NCBI GenBank assembly: GCA_965248535.1
Contig: CBDFJR010000002.1
Location: 1,888,001-1,952,000, forward strand
DNA length: 64,000 nt
Direction: 5' to 3'
From: Phormidesmis sp.
GTDB lineage: Bacteria; Cyanobacteriota; Cyanobacteriia; Leptolyngbyales; Leptolyngbyaceae
The stretch's first letter is position 1. Each line of letters opens with the position of its first letter. Below are positions 30,721 through 41,118 of the stretch, one piece after another. The translations under genes were made by a program, and so were the position numbers. The notes beneath the pieces are model-generated. The model was given only the letters and a program-made list of their open reading frames with translations. It was not told where the DNA came from and made no database searches.

Positions 30721-31806
30721 CTAACTCACCAGGTCAGCAAACATCTCTTGAACGGCTGGGTGGGTCAAATGATGATTCTGCACATTCAAGCCTTTTGCCA
30801 AGGCAGCATCTTGATCTAACGCTTTTAACCCATGATTAGCTAACTTCAACACATAGGGAAGCGTGCTGTTGTTGAGGGCTTGCGTTGCCGTCCAGGGAAC
30901 TGCTCCGGGCATATTGGGCACCCCGTAATGCACCACTCCCGCCTCAACATAAGTCGGCTGCGTGTGAGAAGTCGGTCTGACCGTTTCGATGCACCCGCCC
31001 TGATCGACCGCCACATCGACAATCACTGAGCCAGGACGCATGGCAGCGACTAGCTGACGAGAGACGATCGTGGGTGCTTTTCTGCCAGGCACGAGCACCG
31101 CTCCGATCAACAGGTCAGCCTCCGGCACGGCTGCCTCAACTTGGCCAAGGCTGCTGTAGAGCAGTTCAACTCTAGAGCCAAACAGGGTTTCTAGATAGGA
31201 CAACCGATCGACGCTGACTTCTAAAATCGTCACTTGGGCACCCATGCCGATCGCTATTCTGGCCGCCTCAGTGCCGACAATACCGCCGCCCAAAATCACA
31301 ACTTTTCCTGGCTTAACTCCGGGGACTCCGCCTAATAAAACGCCTCGCCCGCCCTGCTGGCGCTCTAGAAATCGTGCCCCAAACTGCACCGCCAGCCGTC
31401 CGGCAATGATGCTCATGGGCGTGAGCAGCGGCAAGCGGCGATCGAGAAGCTCTACGGTTTCATAAGCGATCGCGCTCACCCCAGAATCGATCAAATGCTC
31501 AGTCAGAAGGCGATTTGCTGCTAGGTGAAGATAGGTGAAGAGGATCTGACCTTTTTGCAAATACTGATATTCGCTCACGAGTGGCTCTTTGACTTTGATC
31601 ACTAAGTCCCGATTCCAGACCTGTGCTGGGCCACTGACGATCTCAGCCCCCGCTTGCAGATAATCAGCATCCGTAAAACCCGATCCGGCTCCAGCCTGGG
31701 TTTCTACAAACACGGCGTGATGGTCTGACAGCGCCCGCACACTGATCGGACTCAACCCTACCCGAAATTCCTGATCCTTCGTTTCTTTGGGAACTCCGAT
31801 TTCCAT
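30721..31806 (-). CDS. ald: Alanine dehydrogenase
   Basis: MEIGVPKE, KVKEP, FTYLHLA, DVAVDQGGC, VPNMPGAV. Confidence 0.96.
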   Translation of the reverse strand: MEIGVPKETKDQEFRVGLSPISVRALSDHHAVFVETQAGAGSGFTDADYLQAGAEIVSGPAQVWNRDLVIKVKEPLVSEYQYLQKGQILFTYLHLAANRLLTEHLIDSGVSAIAYETVELLDRRLPLLTPMSIIAGRLAVQFGARFLERQQGGRGVLLGGVPGVKPGKVVILGGGIVGTEAARIAIGMGAQVTILEVSVDRLSYLETLFGSRVELLYSSLGQVEAAVPEADLLIGAVLVPGRKAPTIVSRQLVAAMRPGSVIVDVAVDQGGCIETVRPTSHTQPTYVEAGVVHYGVPNMPGAVPWTATQALNNSTLPYVLKLANHGLKALDQDAALAKGLNVQNHHLTHPAVQEMFADLVS

Positions 31807-31910
31807 CTTCACCTCAGTTGTGCTCATCTCTGCTCTAGCTTAAACCTGTGGCGGGTTTATAGCTGTTGTCCGTGAGGCTGAATCTCTATGCTAAATAACT
31901 TAAATCTGTC

Positions 31911-31942
31911 TACAATGGGATGCGAAGGTAAAGAAATGTAAA
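31911..31942 (+). promoter_or_regulatory. hli promoter: -10 box followed by an HLR1-like (RpaB) direct repeat
   Basis: TACAAT at 31911-16; reverse complement of 31925-42 is TTTACATT-TC-TTTACCTT. Confidence 0.6.
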
Positions 31943-32023
31943 GCAGCCCGATCGGGTTCTCGCATTCTCTACCCTTCAAAAAATTTAGTTGTTGATTTAT
32001 TAAAGGCGCGAGGTTAACGAGCA

Positions 32024-32194
32024 ATGACTTCTAATCAACCGACAACGGCTCCCAAAATAAGCGAACCCAAGTTTGGCTTTAATGATTATGCAGAGCGCCT
32101 CAACGGCCGAGCCGCTATGATTGGCTTCGTCGCCGCGTTGATCGTTGAGTATGTAACGGGTCAAGGCGTGATGTCTTGGCTAGGTTTGATGTAG
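32024..32194 (+). CDS. hli: High-light inducible protein (56 aa; missing from ORF track)
   Basis: MTSNQPTTAPKISEPKFGFNDYAERLNGRAAMIGFVAALIVEYVTGQGVMSWLGLM; ExxNGRxAMxGF chlorophyll-binding motif; GAGG RBS. Confidence 0.95.
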   Translation: MTSNQPTTAPKISEPKFGFNDYAERLNGRAAMIGFVAALIVEYVTGQGVMSWLGLM

Positions 32195-32426
32195 CTTGAG
32201 TTCTGAATCTAAGATTCGTCAGCGGGGCAGACTCTCATCTGCCCTTTGTTATGATTGAATGATCTGCCTAAATCAGCGTGCTGCTGCCCATAATTTTGCT
32301 TATAATCGTCGCAACTTGATTATTTAATTCGCCATTTTAGGTCAAAAACTATAGAAATCTAGAAGCCCTATCCTTGACAAGTTAACGGCTTTAAAATAAG
32401 AAGTAACTGCAACAGAGCTAAATTTT

Positions 32427-32723
32427 ATGAGTATTGTCTGGTCACGGATGTTCAGAACCGTTTATCGGAAGGAACCAATCACCGGATTTGTGCTGATTGC
32501 AGGGGCCGTCGATGCGGCGATCGGGGGCATTGATGGCAGCACGTCACTGGTGATATTTGGTCTGAGTGCGGTTGGGGTGGCGATCGCGCTCAGACTGTGG
32601 CAATCTCAAAAACGCTCTCCTGACATGCCAGAACGCCGAGCTATCCACGCGCTGCCGCCCGCGTCTTCTCGTCCCTCTCTACCGATGCTCTCGATGTCCA
32701 AGAAAAGCCCACCTCAGAGCTAG
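32427..32723 (+). CDS. Small cyanobacterial membrane protein, unknown function
   Basis: YRKEPI followed by two hydrophobic segments and a Pro-rich tail. Confidence 0.7.
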   Translation: MSIVWSRMFRTVYRKEPITGFVLIAGAVDAAIGGIDGSTSLVIFGLSAVGVAIALRLWQSQKRSPDMPERRAIHALPPASSRPSLPMLSMSKKSPPQS

Positions 32724-32774
32724 CGTTTTAGGGAATTTTTGTCAGGGCATTGAGGCCCCATCGTCTATGTACCT

Positions 32775-33860
32775 CTAAGTCCAATATAAAATCTGGGCTT
32801 GAGGAAAGCGATCGTGAATTTGCCCTTCAAAAAACTGGCGCATCGTCTTCATGGTCGTCGAGTCATAAACGTATTTAACGCCGCCGAACTTATTTCGCTT
32901 CATGACGCGCTTCGACTCATCCATCTCTAGCTTGCTGTTGGGATACCAACTCTGCAACACCTCTTTAGAACCAGGCGTAAAGCGGTGGGAGATTAGCTCA
33001 AAAGTCAAGTCGCAGTCAAAATCTAAAGCAGCCCCAATCGACTCAAATAAGCGATCGTAGTGCAATTCCCAATCTTCGATCGGCATGATTGGCGCAATCA
33101 CCAACCCAATCGGATAGCCGCCTCCCCCTTGCTGACGCGGCAAGGCCAGGTTTCTCAACGCTTGAAGTCGATTGGCGACCGATGCTGTGCCGCCTTCGAG
33201 ACGATCGCTAATCGGGGCAGCATTGACGCTAAATCGGCAGCGCGTGTGACCATTGTGCGGCAGATCGAGCAGGTCATCGACCCCATCAAATTTCGACACC
33301 CAGCGCAGATAGCCGTTGTCCCGCGTCCCAAAATAGCGAATGCACTCGGCTAAACTGCCCGTCAAATGCTCAATGCCGAGCGGATCGGTGTAGCAACTCA
33401 CCTCAAAAGAAGTTGGCTTGTCTGATCGCTCATAGCCACCAAGATTTTGCAGTGTTTGAGGCAGATTGGCAAAGGCTCTAATCACAGGCGGCCCCGACAG
33501 ACTCCCGGCTAGATAGCAATATTGACAATGAGCCGGGCAGCCCTCAGCTAAGTGAAACTGCCAATCAGCAGACGGCGGAATCGGACTCAGTTTGAGGCTG
33601 CTGGGTGGCGCATTCACCACGGCTAGGGTGCGTTTGGAGATAGCGTAGGTCTCGCGATCGGTCTCGCCGCGCAGACCTGTCAGGCGATTTTTGGGCAGCG
33701 TCTCAACGGGCAAATTGAGCGCTGTGACTCGCGAAAGAATTTCTTGACCCCACGGCTCATCTAGCGCCGCCGGAGTGAAGAGAACCTGTTCAGGCATCCA
33801 CAAACGAGTTGGATGCGTGACTTTGGGGATAGAAATCTGAGGCCCGATCGAGTGAACCAA
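32775..33860 (-). CDS. Spore photoproduct lyase family radical SAM protein
   Basis: GCPAHCQYCYL (CxxxCxxC), SCYTDPL, HRFTPGSK, KFGGVKYVY. Confidence 0.88.
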   Translation of the reverse strand: MVHSIGPQISIPKVTHPTRLWMPEQVLFTPAALDEPWGQEILSRVTALNLPVETLPKNRLTGLRGETDRETYAISKRTLAVVNAPPSSLKLSPIPPSADWQFHLAEGCPAHCQYCYLAGSLSGPPVIRAFANLPQTLQNLGGYERSDKPTSFEVSCYTDPLGIEHLTGSLAECIRYFGTRDNGYLRWVSKFDGVDDLLDLPHNGHTRCRFSVNAAPISDRLEGGTASVANRLQALRNLALPRQQGGGGYPIGLVIAPIMPIEDWELHYDRLFESIGAALDFDCDLTFELISHRFTPGSKEVLQSWYPNSKLEMDESKRVMKRNKFGGVKYVYDSTTMKTMRQFFEGQIHDRFPQAQILYWT

Positions 33861-33947
33861 TCTCTCTGCTCCATCTTGTTTGCTCTATCCCTATTGTCGT
33901 TTTTCTTGCGCGATCGAAAAACCTCAGTATGAGCGGGTTTCACGACT

Positions 33948-34988
33948 TTAAGACGGGTTTTCAGGGGAGCTTGCCGACGGCTTAAAAGCAGGGAGATTTT
34001 CAGCCTGGCTGGGCGTTGATCGAAGGCGATTAAATTGCCCTAAGGCCCAGAGAGCGGTCTCTTGCACCTCCTGATCGGGGTCGTCAGACGCTTGATGCAG
34101 CAGATGGCTCATTTGAGAAACCAGGTCATAGACGCGAGTCAAATCTCGAATCGCATTTTTACGCACATCGGCGCTCTCATCTTGCAGCGAAATCGCCAGC
34201 GCTCGACTGAGAGGTTTGAGTGTCCGGGTGCCAATCTCAGAGAGGGCAGACAAGATCAAACTGCGCTGCTTAGAGTCAGAATCAATCAGCAGGTCAACCA
34301 TCGGCTGCACGGCCCGCGTGTCGCCTCGTTGCCCCAGTTCCCAAATGATTTTTTGCCGTTTTGTGGGATCGGGAGTGCGAAGCTCTCGCAGCAATTCGTC
34401 AACAATACTGATTTTGGCCAGTCGGGTCGTTTCAGAAACCTGAGACTCTTCGCCCCGATTGACTTCGGAAAGTTCTTTAGGGTGAGACGGCTCTGAGACG
34501 GAACTTGGTTTGACGAGATGACTCTGGCTAAAACTGGCTGAATGAGCAGCAGGTTCTTCAGGGGTTTCTCTGACTCTAGATGGCTCGATCGCATCCTCTA
34601 AGCTGATCTTGGGCGAGAGCATCGACGACTCTAGCAGGGGGGATGACCTTGACAAAACGGACTGTCGCCTGAACACAAAAAAGGCTAGCCCGCCTCCCAC
34701 CGCAGAAACCGCTACAAGGCTCAAAAGTCCCCATTTTGGGGATGAGTGATTAACGTTAGCGACTCCATTTGAGATCTGCGCCGGAGTGATTTTGGCTCGG
34801 TCGGCAGCGATCGCGACTGGATCACGAGAGATTTTTTGAGCCTTAGGTGCTGAAGACTCGCTCACAGTCGCCGTTGCAGGTGAGGAAGCTGGCTGACTCA
34901 CCCAACTTTTGACCGATTCAGGAACTGCACCTAAACCAGCCAAGCTAGCAACGAGTAACCAACCGACGTAGCGAAAAACCATAAGCAA
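33948..34988 (-). CDS. Membrane-anchored HEAT-repeat protein
   Basis: TM segment; IWELGQRGD, VRKNAIRDL, VQETALWALG. Confidence 0.8.
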   Translation of the reverse strand: MLMVFRYVGWLLVASLAGLGAVPESVKSWVSQPASSPATATVSESSAPKAQKISRDPVAIAADRAKITPAQISNGVANVNHSSPKWGLLSLVAVSAVGGGLAFFVFRRQSVLSRSSPLLESSMLSPKISLEDAIEPSRVRETPEEPAAHSASFSQSHLVKPSSVSEPSHPKELSEVNRGEESQVSETTRLAKISIVDELLRELRTPDPTKRQKIIWELGQRGDTRAVQPMVDLLIDSDSKQRSLILSALSEIGTRTLKPLSRALAISLQDESADVRKNAIRDLTRVYDLVSQMSHLLHQASDDPDQEVQETALWALGQFNRLRSTPSQAENLPAFKPSASSPENPS

Positions 34989-35119
34989 ACCCAGATGGGA
35001 GTAGGACTAGCGTACCAATAAAGGTGTCTTTTCTGGCTAGCTCAATGCTAACCGCCATCCCTGGATTGTCTGCAAAAAAGTTTCGCTAATCTTCGGCGAT
35101 TGGCTCTAATTTCAGACGG

Positions 35120-36271
35120 TTACTCAGATTCCGATTCGGCGATCGTGACTGCCCCGATCGTCCGCTCACCCACCTCTGATGCAGATAGAGGCGATCCATT
35201 CTGATTCTCACCGGATTGATCCCCAAGCACTTCGCCAAACGTGGGTCGCTTAAAGCGTTGGCTCAACTCGTCTCGTTGGTTGATCAAATAAATGCTGACC
35301 AGCGTTAGACACACCCCAAACCACTGCACCTGACTCAGCACCTCTGAGAGAAAAAGATTGCCAAATAAAAGCGCAAAAACGGGCGTGAGAAAGGTGAGAG
35401 AACTGAGGCTCGTCAAGCTTCCGCTAGCGGCAAAATAGAAAAATAACCCGTAAGCGATCGCGCTCCCAAAAATTGTTGCGTAGGCTAGAGCCAGCCAGTT
35501 AGCCGTCGTCAGATCGACCCACTGTGCCGATTCCAACTGGTTAGACAGCGCAAAGAGCGGCAATCCACCAATAATCATGTGCCATCCTGTCGCGGTCACC
35601 GGGTCAGCGTGGCGGCAAACATAGCGCACCATGACTGTGCCGATCGCCATCGACAAAGCGGCTAACAGCATCAGCCACTGACCGTTGTCAAACAGGCTGA
35701 GAACGATCTCAGAGACGGCACGATCGCTGGAAATAGTCCACTGCCCGCTTGCGATCGCGGTCTTCACCCACTCGCCTGCCGACCCGATCCAGGCTTCGGG
35801 CAGCCCCAGCAGGCTGATTCCCAATACGCCGATGCCCAGACCGAGCCAACCCCAAAGCCCGATCGTCTCTCCAAATAGCCACAGCGCTAGCAGGGCGACC
35901 GCTAACGGCTGTGAGTCGATCATCACCGAGCCTAGACCCGCCCCAGTTCTCATTAAGCCTTGGGCTAAAAACCCTTGAAAGAGCGCTCCGTCAACCAAGC
36001 CAAACAGCGCAATCCACAGCCAGGCAGCCCACCCTTTAGGTTGAGGTCTGCCCATCCACACCCCTGCCGCTAGCACCAGCACCCCCGCAGGCACTAATCG
36101 CACCCCTGCCATAAAAAATGGAGTCGTGTGGGGAATCACCCCTTTCATCGCCACCATTGCGGTTCCCCAGAGAAAAAAGGGCGCAATCAGCAGCAGAGGC
36201 ATAAACGACGATCGAGACTCGGTGAGCTTGAGAGACATGGGCGGCTGGTGGCTAACGGGAATTTTGGTCAA
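35120..36271 (-). CDS. EamA/DMT family transporter
   Basis: FFLWGT, duplicated multi-TM halves, FLTPVFALLFG.LFLSE. Confidence 0.9.
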   Translation of the reverse strand: MTKIPVSHQPPMSLKLTESRSSFMPLLLIAPFFLWGTAMVAMKGVIPHTTPFFMAGVRLVPAGVLVLAAGVWMGRPQPKGWAAWLWIALFGLVDGALFQGFLAQGLMRTGAGLGSVMIDSQPLAVALLALWLFGETIGLWGWLGLGIGVLGISLLGLPEAWIGSAGEWVKTAIASGQWTISSDRAVSEIVLSLFDNGQWLMLLAALSMAIGTVMVRYVCRHADPVTATGWHMIIGGLPLFALSNQLESAQWVDLTTANWLALAYATIFGSAIAYGLFFYFAASGSLTSLSSLTFLTPVFALLFGNLFLSEVLSQVQWFGVCLTLVSIYLINQRDELSQRFKRPTFGEVLGDQSGENQNGSPLSASEVGERTIGAVTIAESESE

Positions 36272-36404
36272 TTCTATTCGGTTATGTACTTATGTTAAGT
36301 GACCAGCGCCACGGTTGAATCGTTTCTGATCCCCAATTTTCCCCCTCGCTGCTGGACTTGAGGCACACTAGAAGATCAAGTCGTTCTCACTCACCGTCGG
36401 TTTA

Positions 36405-37259
36405 ATGCCCATGATTTCGCTTTTTAAGTCTCGGTTTCGCAAACAAATTGCTCGCATTGAAATCAAAGGCGCGATCGCGGGGGCAACGCGCGATCGGGTG
36501 CTTAAAGACCTTAAATTGGTCGAAGAAAGACGCTTCCCCGTTCTATTGCTGCGGATTGACAGCCCCGGTGGAACGGTTGCTGATTCCCACGAGATTTATT
36601 GTGCCCTCAAGCGGCTGCAAGAAAAGGTCAAAATCGTTGCTAGTTTTGGCAATATCTCAGCATCGGGCGGAGTCTATATCGGCGTAGGCGCTCAACATAT
36701 CATGGCCAACCCTGGCACCATCACAGGCAGCATTGGCGTGATTTTGCGGGGCAACAACCTAGAGCGTTTACTAGAGAAGGTGGGTGTGTCGTTTAAGGTG
36801 ATCAAATCAGGGCCTTATAAAGATATTTTGGCCTTCGATCGTCAACTCACCGATGCCGAACAGCACATTTTGCAAGAACTGATTGATGTCACCTATGCCC
36901 AGTTTGTGGGCGTGGTTGCCGAAGGGCGAAATCTCACCCCTGAGACGGTGAGACAGTTTGCTGATGGTCGCGTCTTTACGGGGCAGCAGGCCCTATCGCT
37001 CGGACTCGTCGATCGCCTCGGCACCGAAGAAGATGCTCGTCGCTGGGCAGCCGAACTGGCCGGACTCGATCCTGAAAAAACCAAATGTTTCACCTTTGAA
37101 GAGAAAAAGCCCCTGGTCAGCCGTCTCACCTCAAATGGCAGTGTAAATGAGGGTGTCGCCCGCGCCTTTTCTAACCTGCCTGGGCTGGCGGCTGGTGCTG
37201 AGTGGTTAGAGTTTGAGTTGTCTACCAATGGGCTTCCCCTGTGGCTCTATCGCCCTTGA
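36405..37259 (+). CDS. sppA: Signal peptide peptidase SppA (S49, short form)
   Basis: RIDSPGG, SASGGVYI, TGSIGV, KSGPYKD, DGRVFTG. Confidence 0.93.
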   Translation: MPMISLFKSRFRKQIARIEIKGAIAGATRDRVLKDLKLVEERRFPVLLLRIDSPGGTVADSHEIYCALKRLQEKVKIVASFGNISASGGVYIGVGAQHIMANPGTITGSIGVILRGNNLERLLEKVGVSFKVIKSGPYKDILAFDRQLTDAEQHILQELIDVTYAQFVGVVAEGRNLTPETVRQFADGRVFTGQQALSLGLVDRLGTEEDARRWAAELAGLDPEKTKCFTFEEKKPLVSRLTSNGSVNEGVARAFSNLPGLAAGAEWLEFELSTNGLPLWLYRP

Positions 37260-37271
37260 TGCTAACCCGAT

Positions 37272-37309
37272 GATGCCTGAGACATCCCAACTCTGCCGTC
37301 TCAGGCATC
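37272..37309. terminator. 12-bp perfect hairpin downstream of sppA
   Basis: GATGCCTGAGAC-N14-GTCTCAGGCATC; no U-tract. Confidence 0.4.
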
Positions 37310-37487
37310 TCAACGAGCCTCGTGTAATCCCTTAGATCAGCAAATTCACGGGGCTGAATTAAAACTTTTTTTATCCTTTATCGTTGATTTTGCATCGCTT
37401 CACACTCTCTTGATAAGCTGGTGATTAAGGCAGGAGCGACTACAATTAATCGGCTGGCAACTAGCAAAAACCCGGAGGGATGAAACT

Positions 37488-37901
37488 GTGCAGTGGAGAG
37501 TTCGAGCGGTTCGTGGGGCAACCACAGCTTCGAGCAATAGCATCGAGGCGATTCGAGAAGCGGTCACTGAGTTACTAGATGAACTGGAAGCTCATAATCG
37601 ACTTGATTTTGACGAGATTATCAGTGTTACATTTTCTGCAACTCGTGATTTGGATGCCATCTATCCAGCCGCGATCGCTCGTGAGCGTCCTCACTGGTCA
37701 AACGTGCCGTTGCTAGACGTGCAGCAAATGTATGTCGAAGGCAGTTTAGAGCGCTGCATTCGCTTCTTGATTCACTTCAACACGCCTGACCCAGAAATTA
37801 GAATTTATCATCCCTACATGAGACACGCCAAGAGTCTTCGACCCGATTGGACGCTGGCTCAACTCACCGCTTCACCCATGAGGCTCAGAAGCCGCGATTA
37901 G
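37488..37901 (+). CDS. aroH: Chorismate mutase (AroH class)
   Basis: VRAVRGATT, DLDAIYPA, VEGSLERCIR, SLRPD; GGAGG RBS. Confidence 0.93.
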   Translation: MQWRVRAVRGATTASSNSIEAIREAVTELLDELEAHNRLDFDEIISVTFSATRDLDAIYPAAIARERPHWSNVPLLDVQQMYVEGSLERCIRFLIHFNTPDPEIRIYHPYMRHAKSLRPDWTLAQLTASPMRLRSRD

Positions 37902-37969
37902 AAACCGATTTAATATCAAAAATTTGGGAAGGGAGTTCGCTGTGGGGCAGGCTCCCTCTTTTGTAGTGG

Positions 37970-38527
37970 TTAACGCATCTCTTGCAGCAACGGCATAATC
38001 TCGTCACACCAAGCCAGCCAGCCCGTTTCATAGTGAATGCCTCGCAGCAAGGTCATGTATTGAAACTGGAGGTTTTTTGACAACGCTTGCGGATTTTTGA
38101 AGTATTGGCTGCTGATGTCCTGATAAATCGCCAATCGTTGCTGATGTTGCTGACGATGCGCCTCAAGCTTTATCACGATCGTCGAACCCGGTACTAAATG
38201 CCCAACATAGAGTTTCACGAGCAGATCATCTTTGATCGGTGCCATCTCCTCTGCCTTGGCGACCCATTGACCTAGCTGCTGTTTGCCCAAGGCCGTCACG
38301 CCATAGATGCGCTTGTCGGGGCGATTTTCTTGCTGCACCGCTTCGGCTTGCAGCCACTCCTTTTCCTCTAAGCGGCTCAGTTCTCGATAAATCTGTTGAA
38401 AGCTAGCGCTCCAGAAAAAACCAACCGACCCTTCCACCGAGGGGTTAAATCGTTTGGCCAGGTCATAGCCGCTGCTAGGGGCAGTGATCAAGACCGACAG
38501 AATGGCATAGGTAAGAGACATGGGCAA
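37970..38527 (-). CDS. PadR family transcriptional regulator
   Basis: SGYDLAKRF, FFWSASFQQIYRELSRLE, RPDKRIY. Confidence 0.92.
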   Translation of the reverse strand: MPMSLTYAILSVLITAPSSGYDLAKRFNPSVEGSVGFFWSASFQQIYRELSRLEEKEWLQAEAVQQENRPDKRIYGVTALGKQQLGQWVAKAEEMAPIKDDLLVKLYVGHLVPGSTIVIKLEAHRQQHQQRLAIYQDISSQYFKNPQALSKNLQFQYMTLLRGIHYETGWLAWCDEIMPLLQEMR

Positions 38528-38531
38528 TCAG

Positions 38532-38587
38532 TTGACATATTCACTTAATTGAATATATCTTAGATTGCATATTCAATTAAGTGAATA
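38532..38587. promoter_or_regulatory. Divergent promoter with twin TATTCA-N6-TGAATA operators
   Basis: Palindromes at 38538-55 and 38570-87 are exact reverse complements of each other; TTGACA at 38532-37. Confidence 0.75.
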
Positions 38588-38623
38588 GTCTCATTTTTGA
38601 ATTAAAACTCACAGGCAGCATTA

Positions 38624-39046
38624 TTGAAAAGGAGTCTGAAAATGGCCAGTGTCAAGCGCTATTCGGTTTACCAACTTGATCTGCCGGAGCACCCAGAGGC
38701 AGTCGTCTTTGTGAATGGGTTTTTGGCCCGCGATCGCGCCGGATTTTTCTGGATGTGGAAACATCTGTGGTGGATCAAGAGCGCCACGCTTAAAGCAGAA
38801 GGCTGTGTGCAAGTAAAAGCTGGAATTTGCGACTCTAACGAAGTGATCATGGTCAGCTACTGGCGTTCTGACTCTGACCTAAAACAGTTCTTTCAAGGTG
38901 AGGCACATCGACGGATGGTGCAGTTTGTGATGAAAAACCCCAACAGCCTCTGTTTATATAACGAAACCTATCAACCGGGGCACAGTGGCAAATATAGCCA
39001 TGAGCCACAGGGGATGGCGACCCTCTACGCAAGTTCGACACCGTGA
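38624..39046 (+). CDS. DUF4188/monooxygenase-like (dimeric alpha-beta barrel) protein
   Basis: VVFVNG, MVSYWRS..DLKQF...AH, YNETY. Confidence 0.65.
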   Translation: MKRSLKMASVKRYSVYQLDLPEHPEAVVFVNGFLARDRAGFFWMWKHLWWIKSATLKAEGCVQVKAGICDSNEVIMVSYWRSDSDLKQFFQGEAHRRMVQFVMKNPNSLCLYNETYQPGHSGKYSHEPQGMATLYASSTP

Positions 39047-39232
39047 ACCCCTGACCAGATCGTCTGCTGCCCGTGGTGATTCAGGTTGGGGGCTGCTGCC
39101 ATCGTTGGCTCATGGCTCTGGCACGCAGTTCCTAATATCTCTTTAGACAGATTGCCAGCCTGGGGAATTATGAGAGAATTTTACACACTTTAATACACAT
39201 CTAATACAATTTTAATCAGGGATAGTAAATTT

Positions 39233-39424
39233 ATGGAACTCAAGAGACGGCTCGACTTAATTCGGTTTTTAAGAGAAGAATTAGCGCTTCCGGCGGCGGC
39301 GATCGAGCTAGCCACCCGCCAGCCTGACCAAGACGCAACCTCGCTGCCGATGGTGCTGTGGCAATATGGCTTAGTGACGCTCTCGCAGCTAGATCAGATT
39401 TTTGACCGGATGGAGATTATCTAA
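39233..39424 (+). CDS. DUF2949-type small protein
   Basis: FLREELAL, LPMVLWQYGLVTLSQLDQIFD. Confidence 0.85.
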   Translation: MELKRRLDLIRFLREELALPAAAIELATRQPDQDATSLPMVLWQYGLVTLSQLDQIFDRMEII

Positions 39425-40161
39425 TAGTTCACCGACGACAGTCGCCCGTTTTTGATCTGCACGACTGGATGATTAGAAAGACGAATCAAACTCTCATCAT
39501 GAGTCGTCACAATCACCGTAATCCCAATCTGATTTAGCTTTTTAAGAATCTTAATCACCTGCCAAGAGTTGTCTGGGTCAAGGTTTCCGGTTGGCTCGTC
39601 TGCCAGAAGTAAGGGAGGCGTGCCCACGATCGCTCGTGCAATGCTGACGCGCTGCTGCTCACCCCCCGATAGCTCTTCAGGAAAACACGCTGCTTTATGC
39701 TGCAATCCCACCATTTTGAGGGCAGGGGGCAGTCGTCGCTCGACTTCTTTGCGCGTGTAGCCCTGGGCCCACAGCACAAACGAGATATTCTCAGTCACCG
39801 TGCGCCGAGGAATCAGCTTATAGTCTTGAAACACGATGCCAATGCGACGACGCAATAATGAGAGGCGATCGCCCCGCAGCTTGGCCGGAAACTCATTATC
39901 CACTCTGACTTCGCCTTGAGACGCGCACTCTTCGCCATAGAGCAGCTTGAGAAACGTAGATTTGCCAGAACCCGATGGCCCCGTGACAAACAAAAAGTCA
40001 CCCCGCTTGACCTCTAAGCTGACATCGATCAGCGCTTGGCTGCCATTGCGATAAGTCTTGCTGACGCTCTGAAGCTGAATAATGTTGTCTTGAGGAGGCT
40101 GGCTCGACGATCGGCGATCGCGCTGCCCATTTTCAGACGAATCGGTGAGAACTTGCGGCAT
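39421..40161 (-). CDS. ftsE: Cell division ATP-binding protein FtsE
   Basis: [36 protein letters not shown]. Confidence 0.88.
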   Translation of the reverse strand: MPQVLTDSSENGQRDRRSSSQPPQDNIIQLQSVSKTYRNGSQALIDVSLEVKRGDFLFVTGPSGSGKSTFLKLLYGEECASQGEVRVDNEFPAKLRGDRLSLLRRRIGIVFQDYKLIPRRTVTENISFVLWAQGYTRKEVERRLPPALKMVGLQHKAACFPEELSGGEQQRVSIARAIVGTPPLLLADEPTGNLDPDNSWQVIKILKKLNQIGITVIVTTHDESLIRLSNHPVVQIKNGRLSSVNY

Positions 40162-40217
40162 GAGACGTGACGAGGGAAAGTCAACCTATTAGAACACAAA
40201 CGGCCAGAGTTCACACG

Positions 40218-41036
40218 TCAAAATCTGGTGCTGACGGGGTTGCGACTTGTGAGCCGATAGAGCAGCGATCGCCACGCAAACTGCGGCAGCGCCAGCATTC
40301 TGCGCCAGCGCCACGGCTCTTGATAGAGGCGATAAACCCACTCTAGATGGTTATCTCTAAGCCAGCCGGGGGCACGGGTCTTGGTGCCTGCCCAGATGTC
40401 AAAACTACCGCCCACGCCGATCCACAGCGATTGAGGGCAGAGATGACGGTGGGCGGCGATCCACAGTTCTTGACGCGGAACGCCTAAGCCGACCAAAATA
40501 ATCTCAGGCTGTAAGGTTTGCAGAGTTTTGAGAAACGCAGGTTCTTCTTGAGCCGAAAGATAGCCGTTTTGCACCCCGGCGATCGCTAGCCCCGATAACC
40601 GCTTTTGCCACTGGTCGGCGGCGATTTGAGCTACGTCTGGGGCGCTGCCAAAAAAGAACACTGAGATCGGCGATCGCGCTGAGGCATTTAAACCCTGAGA
40701 AATCAGCGATCGCTCTAAGTTCAGCCGAGCCGCTTTTTTGAGAATTGCCTCTGCTAACTCAATACCGGGGCATCGGGCCACACGCTTGCCATAGAGCCGC
40801 AGATAAAACACAATGCCCGCCCCATCGGGAATCACCAATTCAGCCTGATGGATAATGTCTGCCAGAGCGGAATTTTGTGCAGCCTGCATGGTCATCTCGG
40901 CGTTGAGAGTGACCACCTGACAGCCCAGGCGCTGATCGATGCGATCGAATAACCAGCCAGAATAATCGTCTCGCAAGTGCATAGGCAGCCCCATCACCGA
41001 AAATTGATGGTCTGTTTTCATGGTTGGATGGCTCAC
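40218..41036 (-). CDS. WecB/TagA/CpsF family glycosyltransferase
   Basis: TLNAE, IPDGAG, GLGVPRQE, GVGGSFD, LEWVYRLYQEPWR. Confidence 0.93.
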   Translation of the reverse strand: MSHPTMKTDHQFSVMGLPMHLRDDYSGWLFDRIDQRLGCQVVTLNAEMTMQAAQNSALADIIHQAELVIPDGAGIVFYLRLYGKRVARCPGIELAEAILKKAARLNLERSLISQGLNASARSPISVFFFGSAPDVAQIAADQWQKRLSGLAIAGVQNGYLSAQEEPAFLKTLQTLQPEIILVGLGVPRQELWIAAHRHLCPQSLWIGVGGSFDIWAGTKTRAPGWLRDNHLEWVYRLYQEPWRWRRMLALPQFAWRSLLYRLTSRNPVSTRF

Positions 41037-41118
41037 GATCGTTCCTCACGTTCCCGCTATAGATTTTACGCTATGGATTTTAACTGAACAGGTGAAGGTT
41101 GCCCCCAAGATATCGCTT

